Part shown: positions 56,519-64,000 of the stretch, in pieces
Position numbering within the stretch: the first letter of the stretch is position 1
Layout of the letters: each line of letters opens with the position of its first letter
Assembly: GCA_002722735.1 (NCBI GenBank)
Contig: PBMR01000005.1
Span: forward strand, 74,402-138,401
DNA from: Methanobacteriota archaeon
GTDB taxonomy: Archaea > Thermoplasmatota > Poseidoniia > Poseidoniales > Thalassarchaeaceae
Length of the DNA: 64,000 nt
Direction of reading: 5' to 3'
The notes under the pieces: model-generated
The model's input: only the letters and a program-made list of their open reading frames with translations
What the model was told of the DNA's origin: nothing
The model's database searches: none
Made by a program: the position numbers and the translations under genes

Positions 56519-56782
56519 TCACCCTGTGAGCCAACCAAAGAATGGAGGGAAGACGTTCACCATCAATGCGAGGATGACGAAACCGATTGCACCAAGCACG
56601 AACATCCCTATCCCGCAGACGATGATGGTCTGGCGGAACTCCTGTTTGGATGGCTTCTTCGCCATCTTGAGAATCCTTGCGTAGGAGCCGGTTTGGAGGC
56701 CCTTGACCCGAGCCTCAATCTCGTCCTGCCAAGACTGAGCCAGTTCCTCAACCGGACCGATGTTGGACCTCTCTACAGCCAT
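56519..56782 (-). CDS. secE: Protein translocase subunit SecE (Sec61-gamma)
   Basis: YARILKMAKKPSKQEFRQTIIVCGIGMFVLGAIGFVI is the typical archaeal SecE C-terminal TM. AGGTG SD upstream of ATG 56782; the ORF opens at 56803. Confidence 0.75.
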   Translation of the reverse strand: MAVERSNIGPVEELAQSWQDEIEARVKGLQTGSYARILKMAKKPSKQEFRQTIIVCGIGMFVLGAIGFVILALMVNVFPPFFGWLTG

Positions 56783-56873
56783 TCCTACACCTTGGAGCAT
56801 CACGGCGACCTACAGACCCCATTTAAGGACGACGGGGAAGACAGGTTTGACCCAGTATTCGGACATCCAAGTC

Positions 56874-58085
56874 CTAACTGATGAATTCGACGGTTCTACT
56901 GCGTAGACTCCTCATTTGGGTGTGCATGGAAGCCCCATGAATCTGCTCGCTCTTGACCCCTGTGAGCACCAGCAGGACCCTGATTTCGTTGCCCATTGAA
57001 TTGTCTGTTGTGACACCCCAGATCATCCTCGCATAGGGATTGATGCTATCGCGGATGATTTTCGCGCACTGCTCGGCCTCCCCTAGAGTCAGTCCCGGGC
57101 CACCAACCACGTTTACCAAAGCTCCCCGCGCATCGGAGATGTCGATCTCGAGAAGTGGTGACTCGAGCGCCTCCCTGGTCGCCTTCTCGGCACCCTCCTC
57201 GGCAGTCGCCTCGCCGAGTCCAATCATCGCAACGCCTCCACCGTTCTCCATGACCGAGCGGAGGTCTTGGAAGTCGAGGTTCACCACGCCTTCTTTGGCA
57301 ATCATCTCGGAAACGCCGGAGATGCTTCTCATCAGTAGTTCATCGGCCACCCTGAAGGCGGCGTCGAGGGGCAGGTCACGAACCCCCTCGACTTCCAGTA
57401 GCCTCTCGTTTGGCAGAACAATCACAGTATCGCAAACCTCTCTGAGGCGCTCTAGCCCCCATTCAGCATTCTGCCGGCGGACTGCTCCCTCCGAGAGGAA
57501 GGGGTAACTCACCACGGCGATCGTCAGTGCCTCTGAGGATTTTGCGAGCCTCGCGACGACGTGGGCACTCCCAGTGCCGGTGCCGCCGCCGAGGCCCGCG
57601 GTGATGAACGCGAGATCGCACTCATCCACTTCATTTTTCAACACACGCTCAGATTCGTAGGCTGCCTGCTCGCCCTTCTCCGGGTCGCCCCCCGCCCCCC
57701 TGCCACGGGCGGAGCGACCAATCAGGACCTTGTTCTCGACGCTGACCCTCAGAAGGTGCTGCGCGTCTGTGTTGACGGCCATCCCCTTGACATAATCACC
57801 ATCGAACAAGCCCTCCTGTTCAAGTCGGGCAACTGTGTTGGATCCACACCCACCACAACCGAAGACGCGAATCTTCGGTTGCAACGATCTCAAGAGGCCC
57901 TCAAGATCCGGGTCATCATCGACTTCGGGGTTGGCCGGGGGATGGGCGTCATCCCCTTGAAGTTCGAGAACCCTTTCGATAAGATGCTTCACAGCGTCCA
58001 AGGCGCGTTGAATAGAGGATAACCGTTGCCCCCGGGAAGACACCAGCAAGCCGTGTTTTCGCGGAGGCTCAGACCAGCCATTCAA
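56874..58085 (-). CDS. ftsZ: Cell division protein FtsZ
   Basis: GCGGCGSNTV and TAGLGGGTGTGSAHVVARLAK (tubulin signature). About 60-aa N-terminal extension. Confidence 0.95.
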   Translation of the reverse strand: MNGWSEPPRKHGLLVSSRGQRLSSIQRALDAVKHLIERVLELQGDDAHPPANPEVDDDPDLEGLLRSLQPKIRVFGCGGCGSNTVARLEQEGLFDGDYVKGMAVNTDAQHLLRVSVENKVLIGRSARGRGAGGDPEKGEQAAYESERVLKNEVDECDLAFITAGLGGGTGTGSAHVVARLAKSSEALTIAVVSYPFLSEGAVRRQNAEWGLERLREVCDTVIVLPNERLLEVEGVRDLPLDAAFRVADELLMRSISGVSEMIAKEGVVNLDFQDLRSVMENGGGVAMIGLGEATAEEGAEKATREALESPLLEIDISDARGALVNVVGGPGLTLGEAEQCAKIIRDSINPYARMIWGVTTDNSMGNEIRVLLVLTGVKSEQIHGASMHTQMRSLRSRTVEFIS

Positions 58086-58759
58086 TTAATTAGCCCATTG
58101 CGGGTTTTGATGAATCGAACAACGAATGTGTAGATGCCACCCCATGCGGAGATGGCCAATGCGAAGGTCATCCCATTGAGATAGCCGTTGCCCAGAAGCA
58201 GCCAGTGCGCTTGCTCGTGGACCTCGGAGATTTCGATGCCCGTGCTGCCAACCTGCGCTTGCCAGGCAGCGGCTAGCAGTCCGACCATCGTGAGGACCCC
58301 GCGATCGGTTCGAGAGAATCCACCGTAAATCCTGTCGAGTCCGACCGACTGGGCTTGTGTTCCCATGTAGGAACCGAAGAGGGTCAGAAGTCCTGCAAGT
58401 AAGCCGCTGCTGAATTCGTCAACGAAGGCCGCGTTCATCCCTAGGGCCACCAACAGCCCCACATCGACTACGCGGTCAATAGTGTGGTCGAGAAAGTCGC
58501 CGTACGACCCGTCGACACCCTGATGCCGTGCTAGGGCACCATCGAGTGCATCGAGGACACCAGCAACCATGCCCAGCACCACTCCACCAATGATGGCCAT
58601 CGCACCCCTGCTGTCGAGTCCCGCGCCAGCAAGCAGATAGAAGGCAGCGAGGGCAAACCCCAGGCTGGCCCATGTCAGCACGTTGGGATCGAGGTCGCCC
58701 ATACTGCGGACCAAGGGCCCACTCGCCTTGGTCCAACGCTCCCTCATCCTCTCCAGCAC
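58082..58759 (-). CDS. CDP-alcohol phosphatidyltransferase (archaeal polar-lipid head-group synthase)
   Basis: DALDGALARHQGVDGSYGDFLDHTIDRVVD matches the DGx2ARx8Gx3Dx3D motif. Multi-TM. Confidence 0.8.
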   Translation of the reverse strand: MLERMRERWTKASGPLVRSMGDLDPNVLTWASLGFALAAFYLLAGAGLDSRGAMAIIGGVVLGMVAGVLDALDGALARHQGVDGSYGDFLDHTIDRVVDVGLLVALGMNAAFVDEFSSGLLAGLLTLFGSYMGTQAQSVGLDRIYGGFSRTDRGVLTMVGLLAAAWQAQVGSTGIEISEVHEQAHWLLLGNGYLNGMTFALAISAWGGIYTFVVRFIKTRNGLIN

Positions 58760-58760
58760 G

Positions 58761-59318
58761 CTATCCCTCCTGAACCGATACCCAGTCGATTATCGAGTCG
58801 TGGCCGGTCGTCTTGAAGCCATCTGCCATCCAATTACCCAAGTCTGCAACAATCTGCTCGGCGGAGTCGAGCGAGCAGTCGAACTCTACCCAGGGGACAT
58901 CACCTCGAACTTCGTTCCATGCGCCTCCAAGCAGTTCCCATTCACAGTTTTTCGAGGTTTTCGCCTCTGAGTATCCCCTAACGCTCAATCGTTCTTCGAG
59001 CACTTTGGGAGAGCATCGCAGCACGATTACGGCATCGACAGGGAGGTGGTGTGAGAGATGACCTTCGATTACGGTAATCCCATCAGGTGGGGCACTCCAT
59101 TCCCCCTCCAAGGATGCGGACAGAGCGTCAAGATCGACTGGTCGGGCACCATCCATGGGATCGACATTCCCAATGCAGCCGTGGCGTTCGGCCAACTGCT
59201 CGACTGATTCCAGTACCACTCCGGTGGCCGCGAGCAGTGCAGCCACGGTCGTCTTACCTGCCCCAGGGGTCCCGGTCAGAGCCAGTCTGCGCGCGCGCTC
59301 CACGAAGACCCCAGCCAC
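58761..59318 (-). CDS. Fap7/AK6-like adenylate kinase-type NTPase
   Basis: LTGTPGAGKTTVAALLA P-loop, ...VIEGHLSHHL...VIVLRCSPKVLEERL..RGY. Size about 185 aa. Confidence 0.7.
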   Translation of the reverse strand: MAGVFVERARRLALTGTPGAGKTTVAALLAATGVVLESVEQLAERHGCIGNVDPMDGARPVDLDALSASLEGEWSAPPDGITVIEGHLSHHLPVDAVIVLRCSPKVLEERLSVRGYSEAKTSKNCEWELLGGAWNEVRGDVPWVEFDCSLDSAEQIVADLGNWMADGFKTTGHDSIIDWVSVQEG

Positions 59319-59397
59319 CTCAGGATGTCATGAACGCTCCGCGAGGCAGGCGCAACATTGACCAAACCTCGGCTGCCGGGATGCAACAGGCAGGGCT

Positions 59398-60528
59398 ATG
59401 GGCGAGGGGCAAATCACTTGGATGCGAGCCATCGATCCTAGGGAAAACAAGCTGAACCTGATGCTGCTCTCGGTTCCCATCACCCTCTACTTCGCCTACG
59501 TCTCCGATGACGAGACGATTGCCTTCTTCGCATCGATGGCTGCCATCATGCCGCTCGCCTTCCTGATGGGACGGGCGACCGAGGAGATTGCCCTTAGGAC
59601 CTCTGAGGCAATCGGCGGCCTTCTCAACGCGACCTTCGGTAACGCTGCAGAACTCATCATCGCTTTATTTGCCATTATTACGGCCTTTCAGGCCGGTCCA
59701 GGCACTACGACCGAGTCGACCATGGTCCAAATCGTACAGGCGAGCCTCATTGGCAGCATCCTCGGCAACCTCCTGTTGGTTATGGGCCTGTCATTTGTCT
59801 GGGGGGGCATTCACCACAAGGAGCAGTCCTTCAGTGAGGCGCAGGTAAGTGCCAATGGATCGCTCCTGCTCCTAGCGGTAATCACACTGGTCGTTCCAAC
59901 GGTCTTCCATGCAACCGTAGGAGGCGAGGAGGGTGCGACCGGCGTCGAGAGCCTCTCCCACGCTGCAGCAATAATCCTCCTCGCCATGTACGCCCTCTTC
60001 CTGCTTTTCCAACTCAAGACGCACGCTCACATGTTCGCTACCGACGGCTCCCATCATGAGGTTCCAGAGATGTCCATGCGGGACGCAGTTATACTGCTCG
60101 TTTTCGCCACCGTGCTCGTCTCTTGGATGGCAGAGATCCTCGTGCACTCTCTGGAGACCGCAGCCGAGGACGTCGACCTGCCACATCTATTCATCGGCAT
60201 CATACTGCTACCGCTATTCGGCAACGCAGCAGAGCACTTCACCGCCGTCTCGGTGGCTGCCAAGGATAAGATGGACCTCTCGTTCGCAATCTCTGTCGGG
60301 TCGAGCACTCAGATAGCGGTCTTCGTCGCCCCCCTAATGGTCGTGCTCGCTTGGGCGATGGGGGTGCCGCTGACTTTCGAGTTCGGAATCCTGGAGACCG
60401 TCGCCACCTTCCTTGCAGTGTTAATCGTCAATGCTATCGCAGCCGACGGCAAGAGCAATTGGCTGGAGGGCGCTATGCTGCTCGGTGCCTATGCCATTCT
60501 CGGTATCGCGTTCCTCTACCATCCATGA
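59398..60528 (+). CDS. Ca2+/H+ antiporter (CaCA family, CAX/ChaA-like)
   Basis: Two alpha-repeat motifs, [12 protein letters not shown] and [13 protein letters not shown]. About 11 TM helices. Confidence 0.85.
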   Translation: MGEGQITWMRAIDPRENKLNLMLLSVPITLYFAYVSDDETIAFFASMAAIMPLAFLMGRATEEIALRTSEAIGGLLNATFGNAAELIIALFAIITAFQAGPGTTTESTMVQIVQASLIGSILGNLLLVMGLSFVWGGIHHKEQSFSEAQVSANGSLLLLAVITLVVPTVFHATVGGEEGATGVESLSHAAAIILLAMYALFLLFQLKTHAHMFATDGSHHEVPEMSMRDAVILLVFATVLVSWMAEILVHSLETAAEDVDLPHLFIGIILLPLFGNAAEHFTAVSVAAKDKMDLSFAISVGSSTQIAVFVAPLMVVLAWAMGVPLTFEFGILETVATFLAVLIVNAIAADGKSNWLEGAMLLGAYAILGIAFLYHP

Positions 60529-60573
60529 TTCTCCTCCGCCCAATGAGGGGGCTAATCCTCGTTAGCTCGAACC

Positions 60574-61047
60574 CTAGGACTCGATCACCTTGAGCGCCTC
60601 GGTGACATGCCCCTTCATGTTCGTATGGCTCGAGTAGGTGCTCTGCACAATCCCATTCCCATCGATAACGAGGGTAGTTCTGGCTGGAATGAATCCAAGG
60701 CTCTTCCTCAGTCCCAGATCCTTGGCCAAGACCCCCCTGCGATCGCTCAACAGGTTGTACTGGAGGCCATGCTTGGCTCGGAAGGCCCGATGCGATGCGA
60801 TGTTGTCCGTTGAGACCCCGTAGACGGTCACCCCAGCCCGCTCGAAGCGATCATGACTATCACGAAAGGCACACGACTCCACCGTGCATCCCGGAGAGTG
60901 GTCCTTTGGGTAGAAGAACATCACAGTCCATCCACCGAGGATCGAGCCCCTGTCTACTGTCCTTCCCTCATCGTCTTTCAGAGAGAATTCTGGAAAAGCA
61001 GTCCCGTCCAAGCGTGCGCTTGTGTCCTTCATCAGATTTCTCTCCAA
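60574..61047 (-). CDS. bcp: Peroxiredoxin (Bcp-type thiol peroxidase)
   Basis: FFYPKDHSPGCTVESCAFRD motif with peroxidatic Cys. Confidence 0.9.
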   Translation of the reverse strand: MERNLMKDTSARLDGTAFPEFSLKDDEGRTVDRGSILGGWTVMFFYPKDHSPGCTVESCAFRDSHDRFERAGVTVYGVSTDNIASHRAFRAKHGLQYNLLSDRRGVLAKDLGLRKSLGFIPARTTLVIDGNGIVQSTYSSHTNMKGHVTEALKVIES

Positions 61048-62414
61048 ATGCCCATCGAGTCCCTCAGAGCCGCCTCAATGTCCTCGTGCACAAATTGGTA
61101 ATCCTCCCTCCGCAGTCTTTCTGGAAGGACCCGCTGGCTTTCGAGAGCGAGATTCCCCCCCATCTCCCCGAACACCAGTCTGATGGCCAAGCCCGGAGTT
61201 GGTGCTATGGTAGGGCGTCGTAGGATTCCCCCAAGAGTCTTGGCGAACTGCTTCTGGCGAACGGGGCTGGGAGCAGTGAGATTGTACGGCCCGCGCGACT
61301 CCTCGTTCATTATCAGGTGGTATATGGCGTAAATCTCGTCATCGAGGGAAATCCAGGGCATCCACTGTTTGCCACCACCGATTGCCCCCCCGATTCCGAG
61401 TTTGAACGGGAGCAGCATCTTCCCCAATGCTCCACCGGTTGGGGAGAGGACTATTCCCGAGCGCAGGTATACGGTCCTGACGCCGGACTTCTCGACGGCA
61501 TCTGCAGCGCCCTCCCAATCAGCACAGACGTCCGGGAGAAAACCCTCGCCAGCCGTGCTTGCCTCAGTGAGCTCTTCGTCGGCGCGGTTTCCGTACCAGC
61601 CGACTGCGCTAGCGAGCACGAAGGCTTCAGGACCCCCGTCAAGCGATGCGACTGCATCAGCGAGCAAGGCGGTGCTGTCAACTCTGGAGTCTCGGATGAT
61701 CTTCTTGCGCTTGGAAGACCAGCGCCTGTCACCTATGCCAGCCCCACCCAGATGGATGATTACATCGAAACCCTCGATCTGACTGGCATCCAACTCACCC
61801 CTATCGGGATTCCAGGGAATCTCTTTGGCACCGATTGTGACGGGCCTTCGCACTAATCTCCAGACATCGTGGCCACCGGTGTCGAGAAAGGCGACAAGTT
61901 GCGTTCCGATCATTCCAGACGAACCTGCAACGAGTATCCTCTTGCGAGGCCTGTCGTAGTATTTCGCGTGCCGATCCATATCCCTCTGTAGGCGCAACTC
62001 CCGCGCTCTGAACATTCGCCTCAACCTCTTCCTGACCCATCTACCTGCGAACATGTGTCCAAGGGCCCCAAATGGAACTTGGTAGTGAACACGGTCGTCC
62101 ACCACGCTCCCGCTCTCAGTGTCTAGGAAGACATGCTCGTGCCTCCATTTCCAGAACGGCCCCCTGACCATGATGTCCTCGAATTTGTGAGGCGGCTCAT
62201 ATGCGGTGAACTCGGCCTCCCAAGTCATCTTCAGCGGCCCCATGGGGATGCGAAATACGCTCTTTGAACCGACCTCTATGCTAAAGTCAGAGTATACTCC
62301 CTCCGCCACCTCCCAAGGAGGCATCAGCCTCAGGAAGGCTAAGTCGTTCTCATACCACGAGAAGGCAGACTCCTTGGGGTGGCCGAGTGCGGTCTTCCAC
62401 TCTAACTCGTACAT
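61032..62414 (-). CDS. SRPBCC (COG4276-like) plus TIGR01777/YfcH-type SDR epimerase-family fusion
   Basis: N-domain FEDIMVRGPFWKWRHEHVF. C-domain ILVAGSSGMIGTQLVAFL (Rossmann)...DUF1731-like tail. ATG 62414 is chosen because the longer ORF (to 62789) overlaps the divergent DUF971 gene. Confidence 0.75.
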   Translation of the reverse strand: MYELEWKTALGHPKESAFSWYENDLAFLRLMPPWEVAEGVYSDFSIEVGSKSVFRIPMGPLKMTWEAEFTAYEPPHKFEDIMVRGPFWKWRHEHVFLDTESGSVVDDRVHYQVPFGALGHMFAGRWVRKRLRRMFRARELRLQRDMDRHAKYYDRPRKRILVAGSSGMIGTQLVAFLDTGGHDVWRLVRRPVTIGAKEIPWNPDRGELDASQIEGFDVIIHLGGAGIGDRRWSSKRKKIIRDSRVDSTALLADAVASLDGGPEAFVLASAVGWYGNRADEELTEASTAGEGFLPDVCADWEGAADAVEKSGVRTVYLRSGIVLSPTGGALGKMLLPFKLGIGGAIGGGKQWMPWISLDDEIYAIYHLIMNEESRGPYNLTAPSPVRQKQFAKTLGGILRRPTIAPTPGLAIRLVFGEMGGNLALESQRVLPERLRREDYQFVHEDIEAALRDSMGIWREI

Positions 62415-62498
62415 CTGGAACACCTGTAATTGGGATGTCCGGGGGCCAATTCTTCGGGTATAAGAGGTTTGATTTACCAAGTGGAGGCATATGCCGGT

Positions 62499-62840
62499 GT
62501 GCGAAGGGAGGGGGAGGATGGAAAGCAATGCACACTTACCGACCTTGAGAGAGGAAGCGATGACTGCGTTCTGAGATTCGCCGATGATACTGCGTTTCGG
62601 GTCAGTTATCTCGTAATTCGCTCCCACTGCAAATGCGCCAACTGCAAACCCCGTCAGGAGAACGAGCAACGTCGCTTGGAGTTCGAGCAGGAGATTGCTC
62701 GACTCCGAATAGAGAAGCCCAGAGTCCAACCAGTGGGACGCTACGGCATCCGGTTCGAGTGGCCAACGGGGTGCTCGAGCGGCATCCACTCATTCGAGCA
62801 CCTGCGATTCCTGGCCGAGGAACTCGGTACCCCCATCTGA
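62499..62840 (+). CDS. DUF971 (gamma-butyrobetaine hydroxylase N-terminal-like) protein
   Basis: LRFADDTAFRVSYLVIRSHCKCANC...VGRYGIRFEWPTGCSSGIHSFEHLRFL matches the DUF971 pattern. GTG 62499 has a GGAGG SD. Confidence 0.6.
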   Translation: MRREGEDGKQCTLTDLERGSDDCVLRFADDTAFRVSYLVIRSHCKCANCKPRQENEQRRLEFEQEIARLRIEKPRVQPVGRYGIRFEWPTGCSSGIHSFEHLRFLAEELGTPI

Positions 62841-62934
62841 ATCTGAAGGCTCCTTCCGAAGATGTCAAAGGCAGCACACCGGCCCCATGCTCATCGAAGC
62901 GGTGGGTACCCCCCGTTGCTACGGTGGTGTTGGA

Positions 62935-64000
62935 ATGGCAGAAGACGAACCGAAGGCTGTCGAGCCCGAGCTCGACGAGGAGGACGAGTGGCAACTCTAC
63001 GCTTCCGCCGGATATGCCTCGACAGGCTTCATCCTTGATGAGGGGGCGACGGCCGAGGACGAGAATTCCGATGAGCCATGGTTCGACGGTGATGACTTCG
63101 ACTTCGGGGGAAACACGGTCAACTGGGACGCGCCACCATGCCCGGCCCCCCTGGGCATCGCCCATGTGATAAAGATTGGAATTTGTGATTACTGCCTGCA
63201 TCGCATCGGAGGGCGCAGGAGCGAGGAGAGGGGGGCCGAGGCTGGCGCGGTACTCAGGCATGAGGCCTATGCGCGTGACGAAGAACTCCAATCCAAGACG
63301 ACTCAAGACCTCTGCCCTCTTTGCGAGAACCTGTTCGAGGATATTGGCAACATAGTTGAACGAGTCTTCGACTCCCTGTCTGGAACGGATTTCTCGACCA
63401 TACAGTTCGGCATCCACCTCCCCAAGGACCTCATTCAGGAGGAAGACAGAATTCGTAGCAGGTATGGGGCTCCCGCCTCTTATCCGCTGAAAAGCGCCCT
63501 CGTCGAGGCAATCCACCACCGAATCAGATCTTCCAATGAAGAAGTCGATTTCGTGAAGGAGAGACCTGACATCATGGTCCTTGTCGACGGGCTAACTCTC
63601 CGAGTGGATGTCGATGTCAGACCCATCTTCCTCTATGGGAGATACAGGAAGCTAGTACGCGACCTACCGCAGACTCGTTGGCCGTGCAGAGCCTGCAGGG
63701 GACGAGCTGATGACTGCGAATCCTGTAATGGCACTGGACTGCAGTACCCTGACTCGGTCCAAGATCTAATCGGAGAGCCCATCAGGGAGGCTCTCGGAGC
63801 CGACGACACCTCATTCCATGGTATGGGTAGGGAGGACATCGACGTCAGGTGCTTGGGTTCTGGACGGCCATTCGTCCTTGAGGTCAAGAGACCATCCAAG
63901 CGTAACCATCCTTTGGATGACCTAATCTGCAGAGTCAACGAGAATGCCTCGGGCAGGGTCGAGATTGACAGTTTTTGTTGGTGCGACCGCTCTAAGATCC
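62935..64000 (+). CDS. pus10: tRNA pseudouridine(54/55) synthase Pus10; 3' end runs off the window
   Basis: Not in ORF track because there is no stop in the window. My translation: ...ICDYCLHRIGGRR...LCPLCENLFEDI (Zn ribbon)...FLYGRYRKLVRDLPQTRWPCRACRG...FHGMGREDIDVRCLGSGRPFVLEVKRP (catalytic Asp segment). An in-frame ATG also occurs at 62887. Confidence 0.8.
   Translation, partial: MAEDEPKAVEPELDEEDEWQLYASAGYASTGFILDEGATAEDENSDEPWFDGDDFDFGGNTVNWDAPPCPAPLGIAHVIKIGICDYCLHRIGGRRSEERGAEAGAVLRHEAYARDEELQSKTTQDLCPLCENLFEDIGNIVERVFDSLSGTDFSTIQFGIHLPKDLIQEEDRIRSRYGAPASYPLKSALVEAIHHRIRSSNEEVDFVKERPDIMVLVDGLTLRVDVDVRPIFLYGRYRKLVRDLPQTRWPCRACRGRADDCESCNGTGLQYPDSVQDLIGEPIREALGADDTSFHGMGREDIDVRCLGSGRPFVLEVKRPSKRNHPLDDLICRVNENASGRVEIDSFCWCDRSKI

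Noticed and set aside
62415-62789. 125-codon N-terminal extension of the SRPBCC-SDR ORF
   Set aside because: It overlaps the divergent DUF971 gene on the other strand. The conserved SRPBCC domain begins right after ATG 62414.
62602-63519. 305-aa minus-strand ORF (and 62633..63169 plus, 63633..63938 minus)
   Set aside because: A different plus-strand frame encodes an unmistakable Pus10 (zinc ribbon, GRYRK...QTRW, REDIDVRCLGSGRPF). That frame is missing from the track only because it has no stop within the window.

Overview
Dense, GC-rich core chromosome from an archaeon. The archaeal call rests on MCM, GatE, Pth2, Trm1, Pus10, P0/P1 stalk proteins, Spt5, SecE/Sec61-gamma, Fap7, a PAC2 chaperone and a RaSEA-like radical SAM protein. 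The acidic proteome, large secreted or adhesion-type proteins and peptide/amino-acid uptake genes suggest an uncultured marine planktonic euryarchaeote (MGII/MGIII-like). That lineage is inference only. I support about 55 protein genes, 2 tRNA-Arg genes, several in-gene repeats and one strong intercistronic hairpin. I found no CRISPR array, rRNA, transposase, integrase or recognisable defence island. Two real genes run off the window edges and are missing from the ORF track: a DnaQ-like exonuclease (1..529, minus) and Pus10 (62935..64000, plus). The items most worth a second look are: (1) in the conserved ftsZ-secE-spt5-rpl11-rpl1-rpl10-rpl12 cluster, the uL11 gene encodes only its C-terminal domain; (2) in the same cluster, Spt5 carries an N-terminal degenerate NUDIX-like domain; (3) two K/A/E-rich coiled-coil proteins share three copies of a helix-hairpin-helix module, and one is fused to an esterase; (4) a bacterial-type AddAB/AdnAB-like helicase-nuclease pair in which both subunits have a four-Cys pattern around the nuclease domain; (5) a type I membrane protein with RCC1 repeats plus about 16 ephrin-receptor-like Cys repeats; (6) a Liv-type ABC importer with a three-domain binding lipoprotein and a 1225-aa fused permease. 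All domain calls come from reading motifs by eye. No database search or computation was run.
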